NCBI GenBank assembly: GCA_046541715.1
Contig: JBKHCS010000004.1
Coordinates: 2,486 to 66,485, forward strand
DNA length: 64,000 nucleotides
Origin: Spirochaetaceae bacterium
GTDB taxonomy: Bacteria > Spirochaetota > Spirochaetia > DSM-27196 > PWMO01
Direction: 5' to 3'
Numbering within the stretch: the first letter of the stretch is position 1; every line of letters begins with the position of its first letter. The notes beneath the pieces were generated by a model, which saw only the letters and a program-made list of their open reading frames with translations, ran no database searches and had not been told where the DNA came from. Below, piece by piece: positions 37,789 to 46,723 of this stretch. Both the position numbers and the translations under genes were made by a program.

Positions 37789-39084
37789 ATGCACCAGTTG
37801 GCAGAAGAACTCAACAAAACTCTCGGATCGGGCGCCGCGTATCGCCTACTCTCCGACTTTGGACGCCGGATCTACTTTCCCAAGGGCATCGTCGCCCAGT
37901 CGGCCGAGGCGCGGGAGCAGAGCTCGGAGTTCAACGCGACCGCGGGGCTCGCCCTTGCCTCCGGGGTTCCGATGACCCTACCGGCCCTCGACGCCCTGCT
38001 TCCGGGTATCTCGCCGAAGGAGAGTGTCGACTACGCACCGACCGGCGGGATAAAGGGCCTCCGGGAAGCCTGGAGAAAGGAGATTCTGAGGAAGAACCCG
38101 AGCTGCGACGAGAAGACCTTCGGGCTTCCGGTCGTTACTCCGGGATTGACCGCCGGCATATCTCAACTAGCCGACCTGTTTATCGACGAAGGGGACGCCG
38201 TACTTCTTCCGGAGCTGTTCTGGGGAAACTACACCTTGATTTTCGCCCAGCGGCGGCAGGGGGAGATGATCCCCTTCCCCTTCTTCTCGGAAACCGGCGG
38301 TTTCAACCTCGAAGGGTTCCGACGAGCAGTCGAGAGTCTCGCCGACCGGGATAAGCTCCTGGTGCTCTTGAACTTTCCGAACAACCCCACCGGCTACACG
38401 CCGACCCCTGGTGAAGCGAGGGGAATCGTCGAGGTTCTTGCCGAACGGGGCGCCGCCGGCAAGGCGACCCTGGCAGTTTGCGACGACGCCTACTTCGGTC
38501 TGACCTACGAGGCCGAGAGCTTTACCGAATCGCTCTTCGGCCTCTTGGCGAAAGCTCAGGAGAACATCCTCGCGGTGAAGGTCGACGGTGCTACCAAGGA
38601 AGAGTTTGCCTGGGGGTTGAGGGTCGGGTTTCTGACCTTCGGAGGTACCGGCACCCCTCCGGAGGCACGGGACGCGCTGGCTACAAAGCTGACGGGGAGC
38701 CTGAGGGCGGCTATCTCCAACTCCAGCAACCTTGGTCAGCATCTGGTACTCCGGCTCCTTTCTGATCCGGACCATCAGAAGCAGAAGAAGGAGGTCCGGG
38801 AGATTCTGGAAAAGCGCTACCGAAAAGTCCGGACTATTATCGCCGAGATGCCCGGGGACACCGGCTTAAGTCCCCTCCCCTTCAATTCGGGATACTTCAT
38901 GGCCTTTCGGTGTGAGGGGATCTCCCCGGAGGAGCTCCGAAAGGCCCTGCTGCGGAAGGGCGTCGGGACTATTTCCCTCGGAAGCGACATTCTTCGGGTA
39001 GCGTACGCCGCCGTGGACGAGGAACTTCTCCCGGAAATCTATTCGAGGATTTTTGCCGCGGCAAAGGAGCTGCGGAAGGGGTAG
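37789..39084 (+). CDS. class I/II PLP-dependent aminotransferase
   Basis: 431 aa with LLNFPNNPTGYTP, which is typical of fold-type I aminotransferases. The substrate cannot be inferred. Confidence 0.85.
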   Translation: MHQLAEELNKTLGSGAAYRLLSDFGRRIYFPKGIVAQSAEAREQSSEFNATAGLALASGVPMTLPALDALLPGISPKESVDYAPTGGIKGLREAWRKEILRKNPSCDEKTFGLPVVTPGLTAGISQLADLFIDEGDAVLLPELFWGNYTLIFAQRRQGEMIPFPFFSETGGFNLEGFRRAVESLADRDKLLVLLNFPNNPTGYTPTPGEARGIVEVLAERGAAGKATLAVCDDAYFGLTYEAESFTESLFGLLAKAQENILAVKVDGATKEEFAWGLRVGFLTFGGTGTPPEARDALATKLTGSLRAAISNSSNLGQHLVLRLLSDPDHQKQKKEVREILEKRYRKVRTIIAEMPGDTGLSPLPFNSGYFMAFRCEGISPEELRKALLRKGVGTISLGSDILRVAYAAVDEELLPEIYSRIFAAAKELRKG

Positions 39085-39090
39085 TCAGGG

Positions 39091-39576
39091 TTACCTGTCT
39101 ACCAGGTAGCGTCCCATTTCGGAGACTTCCTTCATCTTCTTGAACACCGGCGTCTCGAATTTGTGCGCCTCCGAGTCGATCTCCACTACCTTCTGAAAGA
39201 GCGCGTTCAGAAGGTCCGACAGGATATTCAGGTTGGAGGCGAAATTGTTTACCGCCATCTCCCGGATTACCCGGTCGGTGCCGGCGCTCCCGGGGCCACC
39301 GCTCAAGCGGCTCCTGAGATGGGGGGCGACCTCCTTGCGAGCCACGTGGACAAACCGCGCGACGGCGACGATGCGCTCGTAGAGCTCGTCGAAGTGGTAG
39401 CCCTGGAGACGGAAATGGCTCGATTTCTCGGTGAGACTCTCGATAAGGTCCCAGGTCCGGGTGTCGATCGAGATTCCGGTAAAGGCCTGCCGTAGGTACC
39501 GGTTGTTGATATTCGCGTTAAAATGCGCGTCTATCCGGTCGATGAGTGCGAAGACTTCGCTATCCTTAACCTGCAT
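39091..39576 (-). CDS. hypothetical protein (161 aa)
   Basis: ATG 39576 lies 2 nt after the upstream radical-SAM stop, with AAGGAA 5 nt upstream. No motif recognised. Confidence 0.6.
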   Translation of the reverse strand: MQVKDSEVFALIDRIDAHFNANINNRYLRQAFTGISIDTRTWDLIESLTEKSSHFRLQGYHFDELYERIVAVARFVHVARKEVAPHLRSRLSGGPGSAGTDRVIREMAVNNFASNLNILSDLLNALFQKVVEIDSEAHKFETPVFKKMKEVSEMGRYLVDR

Positions 39577-39578
39577 TG

Positions 39579-40499
39579 CTATTCCTTATGGTATCGCGAT
39601 CCTTGGAAGACTCCAAGAGCCTCCATCCGAGTTTCCACATCTCGGTAGAACTGCTGCTTTTCGATATGCTCCTTCGGTGCAAGCCGAATCCGCGGATCGC
39701 TGTCGCAGGTAAGCCGCATGATAATCACATCCTTCGGTAGCAGTTGAAGTGCCTCGACCACGTAGGCGAGGTGCCTTTCCCGGGAGGGCACCGTAACTTC
39801 CCCGGCGTAATAATCGTGTGCCAGGGCGGCATCGGCCGTTACGTGGACATTATGAATCTTAATGCCCTCGGGATGAAAGCGATTCACGTAGGATATCGTA
39901 GAAAGACATTCCTTCATCCCTTCTCCCGGCAGGCCGAACATCACGTGAACCGCAACCTTAACGCCGGCACCGCGCAAGAGGCGGAAGGCCTCTTCGAACT
40001 CCGCGAGCCCGTGCCGCCGGTTTACCCGGCGGAGGGTGTCTTCGTCCGCCGATTGAAGGCCCAACTCTACCCAGACGTCCCGGCGGGCCGTTCGGTAAGA
40101 AGATAGAAGGTCGACGACGGCGGGGTCGATACAGTCGGGACGGGTCGACACGACGAGCTCCCGGAAGGGGGCGGCCGAGAGGCCCTCGTCGTAGAGCTTC
40201 TTTAGGGCCCCGACCGTACCGTGGGTTCCTGAGTAGGCCTGGAAGTAGAGGAGGAACTGTTCGGCCTTGTAACGGCGCCGGAGAAACGCCGTCCCCCGGG
40301 CGATTTGACCGGCGAGACTCTCGGCCGGATCGACGAAGGCCGCTCGACCCGCCGTGGCGCCGCAATAGCGGCAGCCGGAGCCGGGGGAATTGTCGCTCCG
40401 GTGGGGACAACCTAAGCCGGCGTCCACGGGTACCCGGTAGACCGGTCCGCCGTACTGGCCGCGAAGGTAGGTCGAGTATCGAAGAAAGGGTGCTTTCAC
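39579..40499 (-). CDS. TIGR01212-family radical SAM protein
   Basis: The N-terminal FLRYSTYLRGQYGGPVYRVPVDAGLGCPHR...GCRYCG pattern and the length of about 306 aa fit this family. The start is GTG 40499, preceded by GGAAAG. Longer ORF-track starts add a non-homologous extension. Confidence 0.8.
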   Translation of the reverse strand: MKAPFLRYSTYLRGQYGGPVYRVPVDAGLGCPHRSDNSPGSGCRYCGATAGRAAFVDPAESLAGQIARGTAFLRRRYKAEQFLLYFQAYSGTHGTVGALKKLYDEGLSAAPFRELVVSTRPDCIDPAVVDLLSSYRTARRDVWVELGLQSADEDTLRRVNRRHGLAEFEEAFRLLRGAGVKVAVHVMFGLPGEGMKECLSTISYVNRFHPEGIKIHNVHVTADAALAHDYYAGEVTVPSRERHLAYVVEALQLLPKDVIIMRLTCDSDPRIRLAPKEHIEKQQFYRDVETRMEALGVFQGSRYHKE

Positions 40500-40580
40500 G
40501 CCGCTTTCCGAGTCTATCGGCTTTTGACTCTCCGGAGAAGCAAAAAAGCACGTTGACTCGGTACTCCCGAGAGACCTAAG

Positions 40581-41828
40581 ATGCGGCCCAACGTGAAGCA
40601 TCGTTTCTTTGGGTTTTCGCTCGTTATACTGGTCTTCTCTCTGGTGGGATGTGCCTCCCGGACGCAGGAGATTCGCGTGTGGACCGACCGCATCGAGTTG
40701 GTTACCCACTCCGAGCTCTTCAACGTCGGAGATTACGGCTTCTACGCGGTGGTCGAATACGTCCCGTCGCCGGCGGAGGCGCTGGAACAGAGAGCCGATC
40801 GGCCGGATGTTATCGTCGCCGACTATCTCGGAAGCAGCGAGGTAATGGAGTCGTTCTTAGTCCTCGACCGGCGGTTCCGGCGGTTCTCTCCGGATAGCCG
40901 TGACGTCTACGACGATCTTCTGTCGCATGGCCGGCTGAGAGGGAGACAGCGCCTCTATCCCATCTCCTTCGATCTGCCGGGGGTTCTCTCTTTGGCCGAG
41001 ACGGCGGAAGAGCTACCGGATTTTACAATCGATATCGACGAGCTCCGGGAGCGAGGGGGGGCCTTCAACCAGACGGAATCCGGCCGTCTTACCCGACTCG
41101 GGTACTCGCCGAGATGGTCCCGGGAGTTTCTCTACACGTTGGTCCGGATGCTTGGCGTCAGATTCTTCGAAGGACCCGAGGGGCTTCCCGAATGGGACGG
41201 AGCCGAGTTGCAAAGCGCCGTCGAGCACGCCAGGGAATGGATCGAAGAGACCAACCAAGGGCTCGAGGCGGAGAGGATGTTCCAAGAGCAATACCTCTAC
41301 GACCCGATGCCGCAGTTGGTCCTCCGGGAACGGGTTCTGTTTTCCTACATCCGGGCATCGGACTTCTTCTCCATGCCGGAAACCCGGCGACGGAATTTCG
41401 ACATACGATGGCTTTCCCGAGACGGAAAGATTCCCGTTCTGGAATCGATGGTCTTTGCCGGAGTGGTCGCGGACTCTCGAAACAAACAGGCCTCCCTGGA
41501 GTTCGTATCCTGGCTGGCGTCTGCGGAGACCCACCGGGAGATACTGGTTAACGCCGAAAAGCGCAGACTCGGTTCCTTTGGGGTATTAGGAGGTTTCTCG
41601 GCGCACCGAGAGACGAACGAGTGGTTCCTTCCGGAGCTCTACCCTTCGCTCCTCGGCATAATGCCGCCCGGAGAGACCCTCTCGTTCCCGGGAACGGTGC
41701 CGGATAGCTGGGACCTCCTGAAGGCCCAGGTCGTAGAGCCATGGTTATCCCGGGCTATCGATGGCCACCCAGGCCTTGGGTCTCTCGACAGCCTCGTCGA
41801 AAGCTGGATGCTACAGAAGGGCGACTAG
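40581..41828 (+). CDS. lipoprotein, distantly solute-binding-protein-like
   Basis: Signal with an LVGC lipobox. The overall pattern (IRVW..., PDVIVAD..., ...EFVSWLAS...) resembles family-1 sugar SBPs only weakly. GTG 40593 is an alternative start. Confidence 0.6.
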   Translation: MRPNVKHRFFGFSLVILVFSLVGCASRTQEIRVWTDRIELVTHSELFNVGDYGFYAVVEYVPSPAEALEQRADRPDVIVADYLGSSEVMESFLVLDRRFRRFSPDSRDVYDDLLSHGRLRGRQRLYPISFDLPGVLSLAETAEELPDFTIDIDELRERGGAFNQTESGRLTRLGYSPRWSREFLYTLVRMLGVRFFEGPEGLPEWDGAELQSAVEHAREWIEETNQGLEAERMFQEQYLYDPMPQLVLRERVLFSYIRASDFFSMPETRRRNFDIRWLSRDGKIPVLESMVFAGVVADSRNKQASLEFVSWLASAETHREILVNAEKRRLGSFGVLGGFSAHRETNEWFLPELYPSLLGIMPPGETLSFPGTVPDSWDLLKAQVVEPWLSRAIDGHPGLGSLDSLVESWMLQKGD

Positions 41829-41838
41829 CCTTCCGCGT

Positions 41839-41867
41839 TTGACAAGTGTCGCCTCTCGCCGTAGGAT
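41839..41867 (+). promoter_or_regulatory. sigma70-like promoter for the ABC ATPase gene
   Basis: TTGACA-17-TAGGAT. The 35-nt leader carries GGAGG 6 nt before ATG 41903. Confidence 0.45.
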
Positions 41868-41902
41868 AAAGGCCATAATATAACCCCTCGTGGAGGTACC
41901 CT

Positions 41903-43033
41903 ATGGCTACGGTCGAACTCAAGAACATCACAAAGATCTATGACGGCGACGTACTGGCCGTCAAAGACGCAAACATCACGATCCAGGACAAGGAATTCGT
42001 GGTTCTCGTCGGGCCTTCCGGCTGCGGAAAGACGACGACCCTCCGGATGGTCGCCGGCTTGGAGGACATTTCCAGCGGTGAGCTCTACATCGACGGCAAA
42101 CTCGTCAACGACATTCCCCCGAAGGACCGGGATATCGCGATGGTCTTTCAGAACTACGCCCTCTATCCCCACATGACGGTCTACGACAATATGGCCTTTG
42201 GTCTCAAGATCCGGAAGTTCAGCAAGGAAGAGATCAAGGAGCGGGTCGACAAAGCCGCCAAGATTCTGGACATCGGGGAGCTTCTTCACCGAAAGCCGAA
42301 GGCCCTCTCCGGCGGTCAGCGACAACGTGTCGCCGTCGGCCGGGCGATCGTTCGTCAGCCGAAGGTCTTCCTCTTCGACGAGCCGCTTTCGAACCTCGAC
42401 GCCAAGCTCCGGGTTCAGATGCGGGCCGAAATTTCGGGCCTCCATCATCGCCTCCAGGCAACCATGATCTACGTTACCCACGACCAGGTCGAAGCGATGA
42501 CCATGGGTGACAAGATCGTCGTCATGAAGGACGGGCTCATCCAGCAGATAGGCGATCCGCTTACCCTTTACAATTCTCCGGTCAACCGCTTCGTTGCCGG
42601 TTTTATCGGGTCGCCTCCGATGAACTTCATCACCGTGCAGATCGACAAAGAAGGCAACAAGGTTGTCGCGAAGGAAGACCGGTTCTCCCTCGACCTCGAG
42701 GAGGGCGCCGCCAAAAAGGTCCAGAACCATATTGGAAAACAGGTAGTCCTCGGGATTCGTCCGGAAGACCTGCGATACGACGACAAGGCGAAAGAGGGCA
42801 CCTTTATTCCGGCAAACGTCGAGGTCATCGAGCCCCTTGGTGCGGAGACCCATCTCTACGTCAGCACCGGGAGCCACCAGTTTATCGCCCGGATCAACCC
42901 TAACGTCGATCTCGAGGTTGGAGACGAGGCGCGGTTCGTCCCGGAGATGGAAAAAATAACCTTCTTCGACATGGACACCGAAGTCGCTATCGGACGCGAG
43001 GAAGAAGCGCCACAGACGGCTTCGACCTCCTAA
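41903..43033 (+). CDS. ABC sugar-transporter ATP-binding protein (MalK/UgpC/MsiK type)
   Basis: Walker A GPSGCGKTT, signature LSGGQRQRVAVGRA, Walker B FLFDEPLSNLD and a C-terminal TOBE-like regulatory domain. Confidence 0.92.
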   Translation: MATVELKNITKIYDGDVLAVKDANITIQDKEFVVLVGPSGCGKTTTLRMVAGLEDISSGELYIDGKLVNDIPPKDRDIAMVFQNYALYPHMTVYDNMAFGLKIRKFSKEEIKERVDKAAKILDIGELLHRKPKALSGGQRQRVAVGRAIVRQPKVFLFDEPLSNLDAKLRVQMRAEISGLHHRLQATMIYVTHDQVEAMTMGDKIVVMKDGLIQQIGDPLTLYNSPVNRFVAGFIGSPPMNFITVQIDKEGNKVVAKEDRFSLDLEEGAAKKVQNHIGKQVVLGIRPEDLRYDDKAKEGTFIPANVEVIEPLGAETHLYVSTGSHQFIARINPNVDLEVGDEARFVPEMEKITFFDMDTEVAIGREEEAPQTASTS

Positions 43034-43072
43034 CAGCTAACAGAGAGACTCGTAACAGAGACTAGTACCCAG

Positions 43073-43101
43073 AGCGCCGGGGTCAGACCCGGCGCTTTTT
43101 T
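43073..43101 (+). terminator. rho-independent terminator
   Basis: AGCGCCGGG gtcaga CCCGGCGCT forms a 9-bp stem followed by TTTTT. Confidence 0.75.
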
Positions 43102-43160
43102 CGTGGTACCGGCTCTTCCGAAACGGCGAAAAGACGGAACTTCGGGATACCTATCGACTA

Positions 43161-43189
43161 TTGCCATTTTACCCCGGGTACCTTATAAT
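43161..43189 (+). promoter_or_regulatory. near-consensus sigma70 promoter, leaderless geometry, for the MCP-like/cheD bicistron
   Basis: TTGCCA-17-TATAAT, then 8 nt (CTAAAACC, no SD) to ATG 43198. Confidence 0.45.
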
Positions 43190-43197
43190 CTAAAACC

Positions 43198-44988
43198 ATG
43201 CAAAGCGCCAAAATCTCTATGGCACATGATTTGGTTGGTGCCTTGGAGCTGCTGACGGGTCACACCGAGGAAATATTCTTGCGCTTGGGAGATCAGCTTC
43301 CGACGCTGATCGACGAAATGCGCAAGAGCCTCGAGCAGTCGCGCCACTTCTCCGAATGCCTCCGTGCTTCCGACGAAGGATGCGGGGAAGAGACGCGGAT
43401 CGGCGCTATCCTCCGGGAAACCCAGCAGGCGATAGACGCCGGCTCGGAGAAGTTCCTATTGCTGCATCGGCGCGACGAAAAGCTCTTTCAGAACTTGGAT
43501 CGTCAAATCGAGCGGCTCTCGGATCTCGAGGGACTCATCGGCAATATCCGGGAAGACTCGATTGAGATGGAGCTGGTGTCGCTAAACGCGATGACCGTCG
43601 CCCTGAAGGCCGGGCAAGCCGGCCGGGCCTTCTCGTATATCACCGAGGAGCTAAAGCGCCTCTCCACCCAGACGATAGCCCTGACCGAAACCATCACCGA
43701 ACGAGGGGATCGGCTGTTAAAGGACTTCTATACCTTCCGCTCGTCGGTCCAAGAGGTCAAGGAGTTTCAGGAACAGCTCTTCGAGAACTTCCAACGGCGC
43801 CTGGAGGAGAGCTTTAACGAGTTCAACGCGGGGATTGTCTCGATTGCCGGGGTTTTGCGGGAGATAAGCGACAACTCGGCAAAGCTCCAGCCACCCTTGA
43901 TGCGGATAATGCAGGAAGTCCAGGTCCAGGATATCGTCAAACAGTCGGTGGATCACGTTATCCTTTCCCTGCGGGAGATCCACGAAGACCCGCAAGAGAG
44001 CAGCGTCGAGGCGCATCTCGACGAGCTTTCGTTTTACAAGCTGCTACCGAACCTCTGCAGCGTCCTCCTTGACGACATCAAGGAAAAGATCGTCTCCAGC
44101 CTCGCGGTATTCCGGGAACAGACCGGAAAACTCAAGAACCACATGGAAGACGTCGAGTCGCAGCGCCGAAGCTTTGTCAGCCGGGTGATAGAAGAAGACA
44201 CCGGCGAAGGAGGAAACCTTTCGGCCATCTTCGACCGGTCTTCGTCGATGCTGGAGCAGCTCCTCCAAGATCTCGGCCGCTCGATTACGATGAAGCGGTC
44301 GATCACGGACCACAGCGCCCGCCTCTTGAAGGAGGTGCGGTACCTCGAGGAGGACTTTCGCTCCTTCACCAGCCTGATCACACGATTCCACAACATCGAC
44401 GTCGCCTCGCGAATCGAGGTTGCGAAGCAGTCGGTCCTCCAGCGGATGGCCGGAACCGTAGAGGAGATGACGGGCTTGACCCGCCGGATCGAGACCGATG
44501 TAAACACCAGCCTCGACTCGACGAAGGAGTTTATCGGCAGCACGAGCAAGACCATAAGCGAGTATCAGGCGGTCTTTGTCGGCGAAGAGTCCTTCGTCGA
44601 GAGCTTTCAACAGGAGATTCAGGACAAGTATCAGCAGCTCTTCTCGGCCAAAGGGGAGCTGACGGACGCCGTCGGAGGGTTTTCCCTCTTCACCGAGCGC
44701 TTTCTCGATCTGTTCCGGTCGACAACCGTCGACCTCGAGCGTCTCGAGCAGCTCCTGCAGGATATTCAGAACATCAAGGGCAGCCTTGGCGAGCTCCGCC
44801 TCCAGGCGGAAGATGAGATTCGGCAGCTTCTCGAGAGCAAAGGTCTCGAAAGCTGGGAGATAGAGAGTCAGCGCCTCCAGGAATTGATCGAGCGCTTCAC
44901 TATCTTTACCCACAAACAAACCGCCGGAGAGTTGGCGGGATTCGAAGTAGAAGCAGGAACCGATTCGGGAGAAGTAACGCTCTTCTGA
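43198..44988 (+). CDS. soluble (no TM) divergent methyl-accepting-chemotaxis-protein-like coiled-coil protein
   Basis: Residues 128-156, SLNAMTVALKAGQAGRAFSYITEELKRLS, align with the MCP hairpin tip [29 protein letters not shown] (11 of 29 identical). I see no hydrophobic segment. The rest is heptad-like. Confidence 0.7.
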   Translation: MQSAKISMAHDLVGALELLTGHTEEIFLRLGDQLPTLIDEMRKSLEQSRHFSECLRASDEGCGEETRIGAILRETQQAIDAGSEKFLLLHRRDEKLFQNLDRQIERLSDLEGLIGNIREDSIEMELVSLNAMTVALKAGQAGRAFSYITEELKRLSTQTIALTETITERGDRLLKDFYTFRSSVQEVKEFQEQLFENFQRRLEESFNEFNAGIVSIAGVLREISDNSAKLQPPLMRIMQEVQVQDIVKQSVDHVILSLREIHEDPQESSVEAHLDELSFYKLLPNLCSVLLDDIKEKIVSSLAVFREQTGKLKNHMEDVESQRRSFVSRVIEEDTGEGGNLSAIFDRSSSMLEQLLQDLGRSITMKRSITDHSARLLKEVRYLEEDFRSFTSLITRFHNIDVASRIEVAKQSVLQRMAGTVEEMTGLTRRIETDVNTSLDSTKEFIGSTSKTISEYQAVFVGEESFVESFQQEIQDKYQQLFSAKGELTDAVGGFSLFTERFLDLFRSTTVDLERLEQLLQDIQNIKGSLGELRLQAEDEIRQLLESKGLESWEIESQRLQELIERFTIFTHKQTAGELAGFEVEAGTDSGEVTLF

Positions 44989-45002
44989 CGGCGGGTAACA
45001 GG

Positions 45003-45590
45003 GTGTATCAGCATTATCACAACAAGTTCCAGCGAAACGTCTCCATTATCCATCCCGGGGAGTACTACGCGACCCGGGAGCACAGCATCATATCGACCGT
45101 CTTAGGCAGTTGTGTCGCCGTGGCGCTCTATGATCCGAAAAACCGCTTTGCCGGGTTGAATCACTTCATGCTTCCCGGGCGCCTGGGACCTAACAATCTC
45201 GCCGGGTCGGACACCGGAAAGTACGGTATCTTCGCGATGGAGTTTCTGGTCAACGAGATGATAAAGCTCGGCGCGAAGAAAGGCGACCTGGTGGCGAAAG
45301 TCTTCGGCGGCGGCCATGTTCTAAACCGAACCGTCGACAACGGCGGCTCGATTCCGTCGAGCAACGTGACCTTCGCGTTCGAGTATCTTCGGACCGAGGG
45401 AATCAAGGTGCAAAGCTCCGATGTCGGAGGGACCATTGCCCGGAAGATCTTTCTCGAGCCGGAGACCTTTAAGGTGTGGCTCAAGCGGATTACCGGAAAG
45501 CTGATCGTCGACGTCGAGCAGGAAGAGAAGGAGTACCTGGAGAAGCTCAAGAAACCGGCAAAGCCGGCGGAAGAGGTTACCTTCTTCTAG
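45003..45590 (+). CDS. cheD: chemoreceptor glutamine deamidase CheD
   Basis: STVLGSCVAVALYD (catalytic Cys) and GLNHFMLPG (His). The GTG start lies 14 nt after the MCP-like stop. Confidence 0.88.
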   Translation: MYQHYHNKFQRNVSIIHPGEYYATREHSIISTVLGSCVAVALYDPKNRFAGLNHFMLPGRLGPNNLAGSDTGKYGIFAMEFLVNEMIKLGAKKGDLVAKVFGGGHVLNRTVDNGGSIPSSNVTFAFEYLRTEGIKVQSSDVGGTIARKIFLEPETFKVWLKRITGKLIVDVEQEEKEYLEKLKKPAKPAEEVTFF

Positions 45591-46723
45591 TTCCCGAAGG
45601 GGTCGGACCGGAAGAACTCATCCGGGTCGGTAAAGCTGTCTTCCGAAAAGGTCGACTCGCCGGTTTCGGTGGGTACGCTCCCGGCGTTCCGTACGGCGTA
45701 GAGCCGGAAGATATACCGGACGGTCTGCATCCGTCTCGCGAGCACCCGGCGATCCCGCCGGAAATCGGCGAGGAACTCCCCGACGGTCCTGCCGTCCGCC
45801 ATAGGACGGCCGGCGGCACCGGGAGGCAGGTTGGCTTCCAACTCCGCAAGCCGGTAGTAGACTCGCTCGAAGACAACAAGGACCCGCCGAAGCCGCAGAA
45901 GCTCGGCGATAATTTCGCGTTTCTCCCGAAGCTGCTCGGCCCGGCTCCCGACGATTCCCCGGCGATCCTCCTGCATCCATTTGTCGAGGACCGCCCGATT
46001 CTCGAGGAGGTCCCGGTAGGCCTGGTTGAATCGGCCCCGGAGCTCGTAGTAACGGCCGGAGTAATACCGGAGGACCCTCAAGGGACTCCCTCGGAAGGCT
46101 TCGATTCTCTCTTCGAGCCACTCCCGGCGAAAAGTTTCGATATCGCTCACGGCGATCGGAATATTCCGGAACCGGCCGTCGAAACCCCGCTCGACCGCTT
46201 GGTTCGGCATGGCAAAAAGGGTCCCTCCGTCTTCGACCCGGCAGACGACCCGTCCCTCGGAGGCGGTTACCAAGAGGTCGCCGTTTATGCCGACGGCAAC
46301 GTCGAATTCGGTTCCCCGCACTCCCATGATCGCACCTTGGGTTCGCACTTCTAGCTCGCTCTCCCCGAGAAGCCGGGTAACATTGAGGCTGACGGTACCG
46401 GCGAGGAGCTCGATACCACCTCGCTGGTTGCTTTGGAGGGAGGAAATGTCGAGATAAAAGGAAGAGGCGGGATGCACCCGGATCGTGGCGTCTATTCCCG
46501 TCGCCGGATCGATCGCCACCTCTACAAAATCGGCCGCTCCGGTTGTTACCTGATCGTAGTTCAGAAGGCGCGTACCAAAATCGACGGGGTCGTCAAGAGC
46601 GGTTCCCCGGCGAATAAGCCCCGGGCTCCCTTCGACGTAGACGACCTCGCCCACGGGGTCTTCGGTAGAAAAGGCGAGGAGAGCAGGTAGCAGCAGCAAG
46701 GCCGAGAGTAAGAGCGGTTTCAT
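45587..46723 (-). CDS. secreted FecR-domain protein with a helical C-terminal half
   Basis: Signal peptide MKPLLLSALLLLPALLAFS and FecR-type beta region (...IMGVRGTEFDV). The ATG overlaps the upstream stop as ATGA. Its stop overlaps the cheD stop within CTAG. Confidence 0.75.
   Translation of the reverse strand: MKPLLLSALLLLPALLAFSTEDPVGEVVYVEGSPGLIRRGTALDDPVDFGTRLLNYDQVTTGAADFVEVAIDPATGIDATIRVHPASSFYLDISSLQSNQRGGIELLAGTVSLNVTRLLGESELEVRTQGAIMGVRGTEFDVAVGINGDLLVTASEGRVVCRVEDGGTLFAMPNQAVERGFDGRFRNIPIAVSDIETFRREWLEERIEAFRGSPLRVLRYYSGRYYELRGRFNQAYRDLLENRAVLDKWMQEDRRGIVGSRAEQLREKREIIAELLRLRRVLVVFERVYYRLAELEANLPPGAAGRPMADGRTVGEFLADFRRDRRVLARRMQTVRYIFRLYAVRNAGSVPTETGESTFSEDSFTDPDEFFRSDPFGN

Noticed and set aside
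40552-40593. TTGACT-18-TAAGAT promoter-like site overlapping ATG 40581 of the SBP-like lipoprotein
   Set aside because: It is not listed as a feature. If real, it would force the start to GTG 40593. The evidence cannot discriminate between the two starts.
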